From positions 96,100,001 to 96,164,000 of the forward strand of contig OZ320315.1 in NCBI GenBank assembly GCA_976226885.1: DNA of 64,000 nucleotides. The letters run 5' to 3'. The translations under genes and the position numbers were made by a program. Below the pieces are notes generated by a model, which made no database searches, was not told the DNA's origin, and saw nothing but the letters and a program-made list of their open reading frames with translations. The DNA is from Iphione sp. A-MEVVRFRX5. Lineage: Eukaryota. Shown in pieces: positions 31,426 through 45,142 of the stretch; position 1 is the stretch's first letter; the number at the start of each line of letters is the position of its first letter.

Positions 31426-34400
31426 TAGTGGCTTAGCTCCCAAAAAGTGCCTATTTGTGCACTTTTGGAAACAAGTATGAGCTTTTGCATGCAGATAGAT
31501 ATCACCATGGTGGTTTGTTTTAGCTTTAGAAGGACTTTCATAGTGCCCTTTGGTGGCTGGTGGTGTCACCTATATGTAGCAACGGCTTTTTTAGCATACG
31601 ATGAGCTCAACTGTTACAACTTTGAATCTGATAGATTTTTCTTTCCAAATTTGGTTTTAACTTCTATAAATCATACAAAAAATTATGTTGGGCATTTTGC
31701 ACTAATTTGAGGTCTTAAATTATATGTTTTATGTATTATTTAAAATCTCAGTTGTTGCTCTTCAATGCTTTCAAAAATGTCAAGGATGGATCTTCTTCTG
31801 GAGAAATCAAGCATAAAGCAGAATGTGAAACCCCGCTGTCTTTGCACATATGGCTGCAGCTACATGCTCTTACTCACAAAAAAGGTCTGGTAGACATGAT
31901 GTTTCAAGTCAGCATGAGTGTGTCCTATGACCATGTGTTACAAGTGATCACTGCTTTGGCCAACGGTACTTGTGAAGGATTTGAAGCCAAAGGAGTGGTC
32001 TGTCCTGTTAATATGAAGCTCAGTCTTTTCATTGTCAGTGACTTGGATAAATGTGATCACAACCCAACATCTGCCACAGCACATGATTCCTTTCATGGAA
32101 CTGGCATATCCCTCTTCATGTTTCCAACAGATGAGGTGCTGGGAATTGACAGGGGTGTAACAATGACCTAACAGCCCCAAAAGAAGACAAATGAAAGGTC
32201 AAGCTACTCCTAGATATTAATACAGGTGTTCCCCCAGCAATACTATGCATAAAAGGGACCTTGTTTGGCCAGGAAACAATGTCTTTACATCTGCAATGGT
32301 TCAAGAAGAAGAGTTATTAGCAAAAGTGATATCTCTTGTAGACAAGGGAAATCTTTATAAAGGAGATTTTTTTTGTATTGGGCTGCTAATCATGCCTTAC
32401 TCCAGCAGCAAGCTCAACACTCAGTCATGATGCCACTTTTTTATGAGAATGCACATGCAGTTGCGATGGTCAAGCATAGGATGGAAGTGGTCAGAAAAGC
32501 TATACATCATGTCAATCCAGGTCAAATCCCAGTCATGGCTGTCCACCTAGAAGTGGAGAGTGAGTTTCATAGAGGCAATTTTGTAATTGACAAAACAGAT
32601 TGCGAGTCATCTGGCATAGCAGTTGCCAAGCCAAGGACATGAACAAAATAATGCCATGCTGAGCTAGGTGAACATGCTAACACAACACGGTGAATTTCAT
32701 TTTATGTAGTTTTTAATATCCCAACGTTTCGAACATCTGTTGCTCTTCTTCGGGGGTTAATGCCTTGGTCAAAGGCTAAGGAGATGCTGTAGGCCTCACA
32801 GAAAACCCTAGTACATTCAGACATTGGATCATGGCAGGACCAGAATTATCAAGGACACTGACAGACTTTGAGACAACATTCTTTCACCTTGAAGACAATG
32901 ACTTGCACACCATGAACAGCTCCCTGCAGAACAAAGTGCTTGTGCCAAGCAGGTTACAGCTTTAGTGTCCACTATGGAAGAGATGGAAAACCTGTTTACT
33001 GAGGAAAATAATGGTGTGCTTGTCTTACATTCTAAAGATATAGTTGATAGGCTTCTGTGGTAGAAACTGTCTGGAAAATAAAACAGATTGGTGAAAAACA
33101 GTATCAAGACTTTGTTGAACTGCTGCTAATGACAGCAACCAAACCCATCTTGGCACCTGTGCCAAAACAACAACTGCCACTACTCAGAAGACCACAAACC
33201 TTGTGCTTTGTGTGGAAGACCTTACAAGAATTATGTTTGATTCCCCAACAGTGGATTCAATAATCTTGGATGAAGCAGCTGTAATGCACTTACTGAAACC
33301 AAGGACAGCCAAAACCTTTGGTAAATATGCCCCCAAAATATTTTCGTAACATATATTAACAGACAACTTAAGAATACTTCCCACATTGATGTAGTATGGG
33401 GTTCCTACATACCTGAAAGTTTGAAAGCATTTACCAGGAAAAAAAGAGGAAAGGGACGAGAAGGAGAGTTTGTCAAACATCAAAAATCCCTAAAACTAGA
33501 GGGAATTTCTCTGTGTAGAGGAAAACAAAACAGAATTGTTCAGTTTCTTGACACATGCTGTTGTAGATAGGCCAAAGACAGAAAAAGCAGAGTATACCAC
33601 TGATGGATAAAATGTCTTGTGTAAGTGTGAATACCTCAGCCCCTCCAATTAGAAGGAGGCAGATAAAAGGTCCATACTTCATGCAGCTCATGCAGCAAAT
33701 CAGGGTAGCCAGAAAATCATAATTAGGATAGTGGACACAGATACTTTGGTCCTTACATTGGGATACTTTGAAAGGATTCGTGTTGAGGAGTTGTGGGTAG
33801 CCTTTGGGACTAGGAAGACTTTTCGCTTTTTTCCAGTTCATGACATCACAAGGCAATGGAATCTGCACAATCAAGATCACTACCAGGGTTCCATGCATTC
33901 ACAGGATAGCTTACAGTTTTTACCTTTACTTGGAGAGGAGAGAAAACAGTGTGGGCAGTTGGGAGTGTTTCCTGAGGTGACTGCTGCATCAGTGAATTGT
34001 TAGAGAACATCAACACAATTAGTGAAGAAGCTCTCACTCTGTTGGAAAGATTTGTAATTCTTTTATATGACCAGACAAGTCAACATACCAACATTGTTGA
34101 AGCTAGGAGGGACCTTTTCAGAAGGAAATGTAGATTTAGGCATGACAACCTTCTTCCTATAAAAGCAGCTCTCAAAGAGTATAAAAGCATACCAAAGCAG
34201 TCATATCTGGGGACATTCTATGACTCCTCAGACAACACTTAGCAATCCAGCAGAGTAGAGATGGTGCAAAACTAATGATGGATGGAAGCATCAAAAGGAT
34301 GCAGAGAACTTATTAAATATGGATGTAAGAAACCATGCAACTGAGGTCATTGTGGATGCTTCCATGCTGAGTTATCATGTACAGCACTGAGCTCATACAT

Positions 34401-35039
34401 GTGCTTGGAAGATATATAGACATTTCTTGTATGAACAGTAGTAGCAAAAACTTTACAAAATATATTAAACTGAAGTCATAGGCTTTATATCATACATAAT
34501 TCATCATGTATCTTTAGTTTTCAGGTAATGTTAGAATCTGTTTTTGGGGTAAAAACATTAGGGTTTTTCTTGTAAAAACAGTAATTGAGGAACACATCAT
34601 GATGTCCATGATAATAATGTTTGAGAAATACATAATTTATTTGTGTATTTATAAAGATACCTGTGTGTGTTATTTTTTTAAAAATGACAGTAGTTTAAAT
34701 GCCAGAACACAAGATTAGCATAGGGATTTTCATGAAATATTTGCAAAGGTATGGTAAAAAGACCTTCTCTTGGGAAAAAAATATTTGCAATAGCCTTTCC
34801 ATATATTTTGTGTTATATTGAGATATAATTTATAAGTTAATATGATTAAGACTAAAATTAATGAGCAATTATCTCATAATATATCATAGAAAAGCCTCTG
34901 GTACCTACAGGTGGTGCCACCCACCACCAGGGGCCACTGTGAAAGTGCGCCTATAGCTAAACCACCATGGTGATATCCATCATCATGCAAAAGTTCATAC
35001 TTGTTTCCAAAAGTGCACAAATATTCAGCTAAGCCACTA
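31426..35039 (+). mobile_element. Decayed, internally deleted Academ DNA transposon
   Basis: TIRs start TAGTGGCTTAGCT (31426-31579 and 34905-35039). Broken transposase fragments: DHNPTSATAHDSFHGTGISLF; FYENAHAVAMVKH; XPG-like KEADKRSILHAAHA...VDTD (33641-33750); Cys-rich GCKKPC..HCGC...CTAL (34306-34389). No clear TSD. Confidence 0.8.
32713..32760 (-). ncRNA. Degenerate minimal hammerhead-ribozyme-like motif (Penelope-type terminal fragment) nested in the Academ
   Basis: Minus strand CCC-CCGAAGA-A-GAGCA acaga TGTTC-GAAAC-GTT-GGG; core U4 replaced by C. Confidence 0.45.
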
Positions 35040-36203
35040 GACTAATACTTTTATAAAAGCTATCCATTAAACATCTTCTACTAATCAAGTCCATACAAAT
35101 TAACAAACAAGAAATGTGAACACCAACATGCACCAATAGCCATACATATGTGCCTTCTAACCTGTGTTGATTATCATGATACCATGCTACTGTTTCACGG
35201 GCTCCACGCAATGTTATGTGTATTCTGGAAACAAATATAATCAAATTTGTCTGCTAAACATGAAAGGTCTATTATAGTGATATGCTATCTTACCGTGAGA
35301 TTAATGTTGAGAATACTTATACCTCTGCTTCTAATGTGATATCCTCTGATGATATTGGTCTGTACGTGACTGTAGATCTGTTTTGGCGCTGGCCGCACAA
35401 GGGTGCACTGCCAGTAACATAAGCTGGATACCACAGAAGCTGAGATGGAGGGAGCGACAAACGGTTGTATTCGAGATCTTCTATGAAATTTCTCCCTGAA
35501 AAATAACTCTTGATCAAATATCACTATATCAGAAACAGCAATTTGAAACTCTTGAAGCAGTAATAAGGCACACCACTGATACTCTATCTCAAACCATTGC
35601 ATCTCACATCACTAACACTGAGCATGTAAAAAATAAAGTTGGTGAATTGGCACGGGAAAAGGCACAATTAGGCGGTGGGGTCAATAAGGTGAAATCTGAC
35701 TGCCAATTATTATCTGATAAAAGAGTGATCGGGGAAGTGCAATTCAGAGGGAATAAAAGGTCTGACATCTAGAGATGAGAGTCTTCCAAATGATATTTGT
35801 GATATTAGGGGCAGAGCCTGTCCTGGCTCAACTCTGAACTCAGGTGAGATGCCTGGCTCTGGCGAAGGAAGTGAGGGGGCACTATGAAAGACATCAAAGG
35901 AGTTGCATGACTTGATTCTTTATTGTTTAGCAATAAACATGTCAAACAATTTCGTGGTATGGCTCCATAGGGCGACATTTTACTTGATAACAAACATGAA
36001 TTTAAAACAGATAATGTCTCTTATGAATTGCAATGTCTCTGGATAGAGTAAAAATTCATTCCTGTAAAAACTTACTTTATTATGGCGACAGTAGGATAAC
36101 AAATTTCTTCTATTCTATTCTATTTTTCTACTTTAAGAGGGAACCCAAATACACAAGCTCATATTCAAAATTTTTGGTATCAAATTAAAGCATAACTTCC
36201 AAA

Positions 36204-36470
36204 GGGTGGGGAGTTACCTCAGTTGGTAGAGCACTGGTCCACTGACTGCTGGGCTTAGGACTCTTGATCATAACCAGACATATTTACTGTAGCTCCAGCC
36301 TAGAGTGGTCCCTAACTCATAAAAAAAGGCTGTAGATGTGTAGGATTACTGTCCCCTGTGCACAAAAAGACCCCAGAAACCGTTTGAAATATGAGTGGGT
36401 GACAACCCTGGATATTCTGGTCTCTCAGTTCTCAATAATAGATGGTAGTATGCTACCCCAGAAGCATATA
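36204..36470 (+). mobile_element. tRNA-derived SINE (degenerate)
   Basis: A-box-like TACCTCAGTTGGTAGAGCA; body segment 36360-36432 recurs at 38895-38965. Confidence 0.55.
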
Positions 36471-36646
36471 GAAGAACAGCTTATATGCAGCTGAATATCT
36501 AGTTCCTGGTGACAAATACAATGAAAATGAAATGAAATAATCACTAGCTCCATAGAACATATTGTGGTTTCCTGCTCCAAACACATGGAGTCAGGGCATT
36601 TTCCCAGATTTACATAAGGGCATTTTCTAGATGAGTTAAAGATAAC

Positions 36647-36880
36647 ATCTCTAATTATCGACCAGAAAGTGTGTTGTTTTTAATGTGTAAGATTATTTAT
36701 CAAGTGGCATGTCTACAATTAGTAAACTATCTTGAGTCCAACCTGCTGGTGGACAATGTGCAATTTGCTTACAAAAAAAACGAAGTACAGCACAAGTAGT
36801 AGCAGTACTGGTAGACAACCTCCGTGAAGGCATAAAAATCACCAAAATAACAAGGGTTATCTTCTTTGATGTATATCACA
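36647..36880 (+). mobile_element. CR1/L2-type LINE RT fragment
   Basis: SNYRPESVL...LVNYLESNLLVDNVQFAYKKN then, after a frameshift, RSTA...ITRVIFFD. Confidence 0.75.
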
Positions 36881-38409
36881 GTAGACCTATTGAGAAGCTA
36901 TAGGGGCTTTGAGTCAAGCATTCTAATATGTCTTTAATAATGAAATATTGGAATTTCACTTTTTATACAGGGTCTTTTACTTTTCAGTTGGTCTATATTT
37001 GTTGTCATCACTCCTGAGCTTTTTTGGCAGAACTTTTGAAAATGCTATTTCGACACATGTTTTGAAACTCTTTTTGAGATCTGTTGAAAACATTATTAAA
37101 AGATTGTAAATACACTGATAACATGTTATGAAACTCTTTCCAAAATCTTAAAACATTTGTATTATGTGTTATGCATGGGGAAAACCCCATAAGAACATTC
37201 AACTTTCCCACGACCGTAGTACTCCGTGTATATGGGACATTTTTGTCCAGACTATGCAACCAACATGCTATAAATTTAGTAAAGGCACAGTAAATGTGAT
37301 GTGGAAAATGTGATATTGATACTGCTCTAGATGTGCACTCCTAGAGCAAACTTATGTTTCTTTACATATATCACCACAATATCAAAGTTATATCACAAAA
37401 GGACGCATGACAAATTAGCCGTGTCAGGTAGTGTGACCGGCAAGAAGTACAATGGCAATAAGAGTTATTGCTCTGGCGGAACACTCTATGGGGATGTCAA
37501 CCCACTCAGCACACTTAAAACAAAAGAAAAAATGAGTTACTTACTATTTATCCAGGGGTGGGCAGCAGCTGGGATTAGTTTTCAGTCCAAGTCACAGGTA
37601 ATAGTGAGCCAGCTACCTATAAAGTAGCAGGGCACTAGAATTCGACCTGTCAAACAGGTCATGCCCGGCCACGTCATGCATCCTAGATTTGATGACAGAA
37701 GTCCAATAGAGACTAACATTGAATGAAATGCGAGCAGGGCAACCAGTGAGGCATAACAAGTCCCACTTGCTCTCGTCCATCCTTAGGTGAGGCTGACTAC
37801 TGCTGCAAATACCGTTTTTACAAAAGTAGGGCCTTCTATATTATTAAGAACCTTGATAATGTCCTCCTAATTAGCCAATCTGCCCCTGGATTGACTGAAA
37901 TTGTGGTCATACTGTATACACTATATTGCTTATTGTAATGAATATGTCACACCATTGCATAGTTTACAGTTAACTGCACGTTAATATGCCCCGGATAACC
38001 CTGTAAATGCAGAGGAATAATTAAATTGAATTGAATTGAAAAATTATATTGAATAAATGGGTAGTGCCAACATAATTTTACCACATTATGACATCATAAT
38101 GAGAATTGACCAATCAGATGTCTTAAAATTTGGACAGTGTCACAATTTGGTAAAAATTACATTGGCATTACCTGTTTATTCAACCGTTGGCAATTGGTCC
38201 ATTGATGCATTGCCATACCATTACAAAGTCCTGCCCACCCACCACATGAAATATTCTAGCCAGTCATTTTCTACAGATTTGTTCACAGTTACTATACGTC
38301 TTTCATGTAATTTTCTATTGGTAACGTCATTAATAAGGTTCCAATCAAGTGGGGTTTTTTTTGACGGTATGGATTCTTACCCATACATTTACATAACTCA
38401 CCTATGAGT

Positions 38410-38620
38410 TGACATATGACAATCATACTTTTACTGCAGTCATGTGCAATGCTCAAAATCAGAAAAAGATTCCTTGTTGTAGTGGCAGTGTACTCTATTG
38501 TCTCATATACTTTGAAAATAAATATAGATGCATTAACATGCTCTCAATGGATATATGTCCTTACAGTCACATAACAACCATGTAATGACATGTGACAATC
38601 ACAATTTTAATACAATCATA
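38410..38620 (+). repeat. Interspersed repeat also present at ~23117-23330
   Basis: Shared core tctcatatactttgaaaataaatatagatgc and gacatgtgaca(g/a)tca. Confidence 0.7.
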
Positions 38621-40289
38621 TAACATGTTAAATTTTAAAAATTACTACTTGAAAAAAACATCACAATACTGTATATTTTTTACTCACTTTGGAGCAGACA
38701 TGCCAATGTGTACCAATTTTCTCAATGGACAATATGGAAGGATTAAGTGTACGTTGTTGAAATGACAGGAGTTACTGCTCATCAAAAGTAATCAAACTGG
38801 CATGTGTGAGTGACAGTGTCACTGAAATGTTGCCTGTGCAGATTGGCTGTTTGCAGCACATGACATTTAACACATGATGGCATTCGCTCCAAAAGCACAC
38901 AAAGACCCCAAAAACCAGTTTGAAAGGGGACGGGGACAACCATGGATACTCTGGTCTCAGTTCTGTGTTGAATTTTCCTGCAGATGGCAGCACTGAGCAG
39001 GGTTTGCTGCAGTAGAATCTGCATTTGGTACTCTGTAAACTTTCATTACCGTCTTAATCGATGCGCAAAATATAACATTACGAGAGTTTATATGGTCACC
39101 GCCCTATAATATGAAGAGGAAAGCTGGGACTACAGGTCCTCTTACAGCACTGCTACAGCTAAGTAAATAAACAACTTTACAAGATGCGATCAAATACTGT
39201 AGTTTTCATAGCATCAAAAGAAACATTGCTCCTAAGCTATCCATAAGCGGAAGCTTGCCAGATAGATCACGTTGAAATTATGCACTGTCTTATAACGAAA
39301 TTCTCAAATTTGGGAGCGTTTATGTGCTCCAAGCTGTCGCGAGTACTATCCTTTAGTTCGTACTTTCATCATCAGATGACAGGATAGTCGGGGAAATTTT
39401 CGTGATAGCCAGTAGGAACCGCTACTGCATATATATGCATGTCTGTTTGATGAGACTAATAGCGGAGACGTAACCTTGTTGTCGACCGGCTCATTGATAT
39501 CCTCAATACATTTATACTATACTGGTAGCTGTCACTCTGCCAACCCCCAGAGTTTCCCTCTGTCACCATAGTGCATATCATTGCTGGACACAAGCTCATC
39601 AGAGCTGGCTGGCTATTCACAGTCAGCCTTATTTCACACAACACATTTGCTATCCATGGATTTTCATTGTGCCCAGTCTGGTACCTGGCCATGTCCAAGC
39701 TTCTCAGTCATAGGTCAATTATCCCAAGGCAAGAGAATGTAACAATAGAATGTACACCATGCTGGGAGGTTCAATTCTCAGAGTTTATTTCTGGAACAGC
39801 AGTACATCATTTGATGGTCGGTAGCAGACGGGTCTGAGGAGGGTGTCTAAGCAGTCTCCTTTTATACTCAGAACATTCTATAAACAGTGTGCACAAACAT
39901 CATATGAAGGTTAAACCATTAATTACATATTACACAAACAATACTCAATTGTCTTACTTATATCCATCTGTGTCACTATGATGCAGATCCAGGGTCTTGC
40001 TAGAGATACAGAGGATATGTGCTAATGGTACCTTACGTTTCTGGAGAATTATGAACACATCTACGTACAAGCTGTAAACAGGTTCTAACCAAAAACAAAC
40101 CTAGTGGAAGTCACATAATTATACTTCTGACCAGAATTACAAGTACAGACAACACTCGAAAACTGAACACTCTAAAACCAAATTTCGCCAAATCCGAAGA
40201 TATTTGACCCCTACCAACTATTTTCTCTGTTAAACTACTCATATAACCGAACATTTGTATTCAAAATCCGAACAATTTTATAACAAATT

Positions 40290-40450
40290 TGACTGAGTTT
40301 TGCCAACTCTGGGACAAATTTGGCTAAGTTTTGCTGATTTTGGATGAATTTGCCTGAGTTATGCTGATTTTCAGACAAATCACCTGAGTTTCACCGATTT
40401 TTTGACGAATTCAGCTGAGTTTTGCCGATTTTCACATGAATATGCCTGAA
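40290..40450 (+). repeat. Degenerate ~31-bp tandem repeat
   Basis: ctgagttttgccgatttt..gacgaatt units, ~5 copies. Confidence 0.7.
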
Positions 40451-40860
40451 ACATTGCAGTGATACCTCTGGCCATATCTTACACTATTAAGATTGTGTTG
40501 AAAAGTGGCCTTAGGCCAAAATTCAAAATCTGAATGAAATTGTCTGAAACAGTGATCGTTTGGTTTTTGAATATTGACTGTACTTATGAAAATTTTTATT
40601 TGTTCCAGTTAAGTCTCATCCCAGCCAGCACACAACGTTTTCATAACGTTTTAGAATGTTTTTAGTTGGTTACAATGTTTGCAACCATTTTCAATGTTTT
40701 AAGAACATTTTGATTTGGATACAACGTTTGCAACCATTTTACAACCTTGTAAGAATGTCTTGATTTGGTAAAACGTTTGCAACCATTTTACAGTGTTTTA
40801 AGATTGTTTTGATTTGGATACATTTGCAACCATTTTACAACCAAGTACATGTATATACAT

Positions 40861-41052
40861 AGCACCTGGAGAGGTGTGGGGACGTCTGAGAGTGACAGGA
40901 GGGCGATTAAGTGTACAGGTAGTACCTGGAGAGGGGTGGGGACATCTGAGAGCAACAAGAGGGCGATTAAGTGCACAGGTAGCACCTGGAGAGGGGTGGG
41001 GACACCTGAAAGCAACAGGAGGGCGACCAAGTATACAGGTAGCACCTGGAGG
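40861..41052 (+). repeat. 60-bp tandem repeat, 3.2 copies, inside the EnSpm-like element
   Basis: Units start at 40861, 40921, 40981, 41041. Confidence 0.95.
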
Positions 41053-41101
41053 CAATTATTCCTGGAGGTAGTGCTAAAGATACACGTATCCTTTGCACAG
41101 C

Positions 41102-41178
41102 CTCTGTAGAGCAGTGGATAGGAGTCCCAGCCTTAGCATAGGAGGTGCAGGGATCCTGGTTCAAACCCTGAATGGACC
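41102..41178 (+). mobile_element. tRNA-like SINE head
   Basis: A-box-like TAGAGCAGTGG and B-box GGTTCAAACC; no intact cloverleaf. Confidence 0.45.
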
Positions 41179-43509
41179 TCACCTAGTTTTTTGTCAAAAA
41201 TGTTGTAAAAAGGTTTTTATAAAATGTTTTTAAAAATGATCTCAAAACATTTTCAAATCTGGTTAGGAAAACATTATGCAAACTTTCATTTACAACGTTT
41301 TGAAAACGTCTTTACAACGTTCTTAACAATGTTTTTACGTTTCTGTGCTGTCTGGGATAATTATAAGACTTTATGTAATAGTGCTTTTAACTGTACACTT
41401 TACAATACACAGTTGTTCTATGATAATTCTTGGAGAGGGCACTTTGGCTTGGATACATGTAAATGTAGAGTTGTCAGACATGATTTCATACAAATCTAAA
41501 TGGGAAAACATGGGTCTAGTAGCATAATCCCATATCTTTATTGTTAATAAAATGAATAGATTGGTTATTTAAGTTAAATGCTTTTCATAAAGTTCTAGTT
41601 CAGCAAAAAGATTACAGAGGTGAAGACTGGGTGATAATCAGGGAGTTTCTGCATATTCTAATATGAACTCTAAAGCTTGGTAAAAACAAAATAATGATAA
41701 TTTATGGTTCATCTAAAGGTAGTTCTGCATGTGCTTTCATCATAATATTAGTTAGGATAGAAATCAATGCCAAATGATTATTATGGGCATAAAATTTACA
41801 ATAGCTCGAAGAGGGAAACTCACTTTCTTTCACCTCCACATCAGTATGCATATATGGGTAAGGGTACCTGGCTTATCTGCCACTGTGACGTCATGTCCAC
41901 TTGAAGAATTAACATAACACAAAGTATTATCTCACAGTGTTATCTGAATCTGGCATAACGCGTAACATAACATAATACAACATTGTTTCCTTTGGGACAA
42001 TGTTATCCTACTACAAACACGGGTGCTATGTTACAAGAAAAATAACTCCAAACCCACAATACAAGCAAGACTATGCATCCCAAATCAAAGAGGTATAAAG
42101 TTGGGTGAGTGATTTTTATGGAGAACATATACAATTTACCAAAGAAATAACGGTGGCAGAATAAAGTAGACACTCGTGTGCATGCTTTGGTTACAAATGT
42201 CTTATCAGACACACACAAAACAGACTAAGGGGGCCCAACTTTCGCCGATATCACCAGCAGAACTTTTATAGGGCACCAGAACTCACATGAGTTCTACTTC
42301 CTCTATAGTTGGGGGACTGGGCACATGCTATTATCACTCACAATGCCTAATATATGGAGATAGATCTTTCAATGTCCCTGGAGGATAAACTATTGTTCTG
42401 TTTTCTTTGAAATTTACATCTATGCCATATCTAAATGTATCCAGAGGACTTTTAAAATCCAGCAATTCATTTATTACAAATTATTTTTATATCAGCATGT
42501 TCAGCATCATTAGACCTAGAGTCCCTTCAAATTTGAGGCAAAAGCAATGAGAAATGTATCCTTTAATAAACAGAAAATGATTCTGGGATAGGCTTTCCCC
42601 ATAATACTGATTGGAGACATGCCCAGCTGTTTGAATTTCCCATTTCTCGTGCAAAAACATTATTTCCTCTGCCATCCTATACCAACATTAGCTCTTTGTC
42701 AGATGGAGAAGTTTTGTTATGCATCAAACAATGGATTATGATATCTATTATAATCAGCCCAGAACTGTTTTTAAATAGATATATATTTTACATAGGCATG
42801 CCTAACACTTTCATCATTAAAAGACAACAAAAGACAAACTTACATGAGGATACATTCTTCCATACCTCAACGTATTTGTAAAATATTTTATTATTTTCCT
42901 GAGTGATGTTTTTAATAGTTCAAATACATTGTTGTACTGGGATGTACTTCCCCGCATATCACACCGAGTAAGATTATCTGCCAAATGCAATGAGTGACTC
43001 CACATATGATGAGAAATTAGCTATCCTGCAAGATATGGTTTTCTGTATAAATATAAGTGCATGTGGGGACATCTTTAGTCCATGTTCTGCTTCTGAATAA
43101 ACAACATCCCATTGTACTCCTGTGTGGACATCGGTTTATTCAACATGCTGAGACTGGGTTGCAGCAATATTTACTTGATGATAAGAGCCTATCCTTTATT
43201 ATGTGTCTATGAAAAAGTTTAAAGACTGATTAGTTGTACATTGTATTATTATACAAATAAGGCGTGCTGACATGTGCATGATAAATGTCATGTTAAGAAT
43301 ATGGTGTGGTAGAAGACTGGATCGAGCGAAGTTATATACCATTCAGTTGTAGCTGGATTCATATTGGTGGATAGGGTGTTGGCAATAAAGTCAAGCAAAT
43401 AATGACCTGGATATGTTGGATTGTTGGGAGTGTGAAAATCATAATCGAGGAAAAAAAATCCAGACCAACAATGTGAGAGTCTGTCGACCTTACAGTTACA
43501 TGGCACTCA

Positions 43510-44060
43510 GTGCCGTCGCTCTCAGCGCCGACTTCTATGTCAACAACGGCACGTGCGCCAAGAGGGATTTCCTATGTAAACTATGACGTCATAAGAGCCT
43601 CGCTTTGACACCTTGAGCCGAGGTGATCCCCCAACCCGTCTGGTTCTCAAAACACCCTGCCCACTTCTGGCCCTCACCCTCGCAGCTGTCAGGGTCAAAC
43701 CAGCATTATTCTATCGTGCCGGGATCGCGATCTGTCCCCAAAGCCATCCTTGAAGATTCGCCTGACACATACGTAAGAACGTGGAGTACTTACACGGATG
43801 TCCGCCATGGAGTAAGCATGAATTTCGACACTGTTTCCTCCGCAATTCTGCTGCAGGTTGCGGGAGAGGCGAGTGGGAGCAGCAGCAGCAGCAGTGGCGG
43901 CGGCGGTGGTGGCAGGAGTGTTGGCGGTAGCACGGCCCACCACAGACAGTAACATTTGCTGCTCGTCGGGCGAAAATAAATCGCCGGCGACGGGGGAAAC
44001 AACGAGCTTGTCCGGCTCGCAAACGGAGTACTCTATTTGACGACGAGAGGAACCACCACC
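43510..44060 (+). promoter_or_regulatory. CpG-rich promoter/5'-UTR region of the kinesin gene
   Basis: Visibly CpG-dense relative to upstream DNA; TGACGTCA at 43584; (AGC)n and (GGC)n runs. Confidence 0.6.
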
Positions 44061-44107
44061 ATGGCCTCAGTGAAAGTGGCTGTGCGAGTTCGTCCCTTGA
44101 ACCGAAG
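44061..44107 (+). CDS. KIF16B: First coding exon of a kinesin-3 gene (KIF16B-like)
   Basis: CCACCACCATGG Kozak; MASVKVAVRVRPLNR(R) matches the KIF16B N-terminus; AG|GTAAGT donor after 47 nt. No further exon recognised in the window. Confidence 0.8.
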
Positions 44108-44539
44108 GTAAGTCTTGATATAATTTATATAGTCCAGCTATATTAGTCTATGTCAAGATCAGCACACCAGTCCAGGATTAAGTGATATCGTTTTTATTCC
44201 GTAAATATGATAAGATAGGACCTAACTTGCACAAGGCATATTTTTGATCTTCCGATGCGTTTGATGCTTTTACTGCCACACGCCCGTCGTTCGTGAAGTG
44301 TTTGGTGGTAATCGGTGACGTCATAATTGTCCTCAATGAGGTCAGTTTGGTGTCATCCTTGCCGCCTGACTGAGTTAGGTGAGGTTAATGTGGGCAGGTT
44401 GGGCCTTCGTTGTGCACCTTAGCCTAAAAGTATTTCGATAAATACAGTGTATTTATAGAATATGTATGATTCTATGTATGCATGTACATATACCAGTACT
44501 ATGCTCTGTGCAACAAGGACGCTATACTGTCTACTACTA

Positions 44540-45142
44540 CAGTACACTCTCTCCATTCCGGACAGCCTCCGTTCTGTGTCAAATTGTCCGCATTTGAGAC
44601 GCGTCCGCATTGGAGACGGGGTCAAACTAGAAAATGAAATCCCTTTCTCTCTCTCTCTCTCTACAGATGATATACATGTACAGACATAAGGAGGGGTCAA
44701 ACTAGAAAATGAAATCCCTTTCTCCCTCTCTCTCTACAAAAAGTGCTGAATTTGATGACTTTAAGTCCAAAAAGTGCTGAATTTGATGACTTTAAGTCCA
44801 AAAAGTGCTAAATTTGATGACTAAAAGTCCAAAAAGTTGACGCCCCCGGCGAGTATAGACAGGTGACGTTTTTATACTGAGTGAACTGGATGGTTGCTCA
44901 GCGACATCGGGGGCTTCTGGGGGTCCGCCCGCCCCCGTTTGATGTGATTTTAGCTGAATTTCTTAAGAATTGTCGCGCGACACCTGCCGTCCGCAGGGAG
45001 GCGCCCCCCGATTTTTAGCGTCCGCATTGGAGACGTCAGCTCATAATGGTTAACTATGGGAGAGCAGTTCGTTCTGCGTCAAATCGTCCGGATTTGAGAC
45101 GCGTCTGCATTGGAGACGCGTCCGCAGGCAGGGAGTCTACTG
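44540..45142. mobile_element. Tc1/mariner (Tigger-like) MITE with TA TSD
   Basis: TA|CAGTACACTCTCT ... GGGAGTCTACTG|TA; internal 30-bp triplication at ~44739-44835. Confidence 0.65.

Larger units (their letters stand above)
40620..41356. mobile_element. Non-autonomous element with CCCAG TIRs and 2-bp AT TSD (EnSpm/CACTA-like)
   Basis: AT|CCCAGCCAGCACACAACG ... CGTTTCTGTGCTGTCTGGG|AT; ~49-bp subterminal repeats at 40675-40845. Confidence 0.7.

Noticed and set aside
35285-36000. Possible LINE endonuclease remnants (ISILNINL)
   Set aside because: Single weak motif with no consistent reading frame.
42450-43250. Possible RT remnants on the minus strand
   Set aside because: Only faint resemblance (TGVQWDVV); not supportable.
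43440-43560. Possible first exon of a divergent gene sharing the kinesin promoter
   Set aside because: Only weak donor candidates (GTAACT, GTAAGG) and no recognisable coding sequence.
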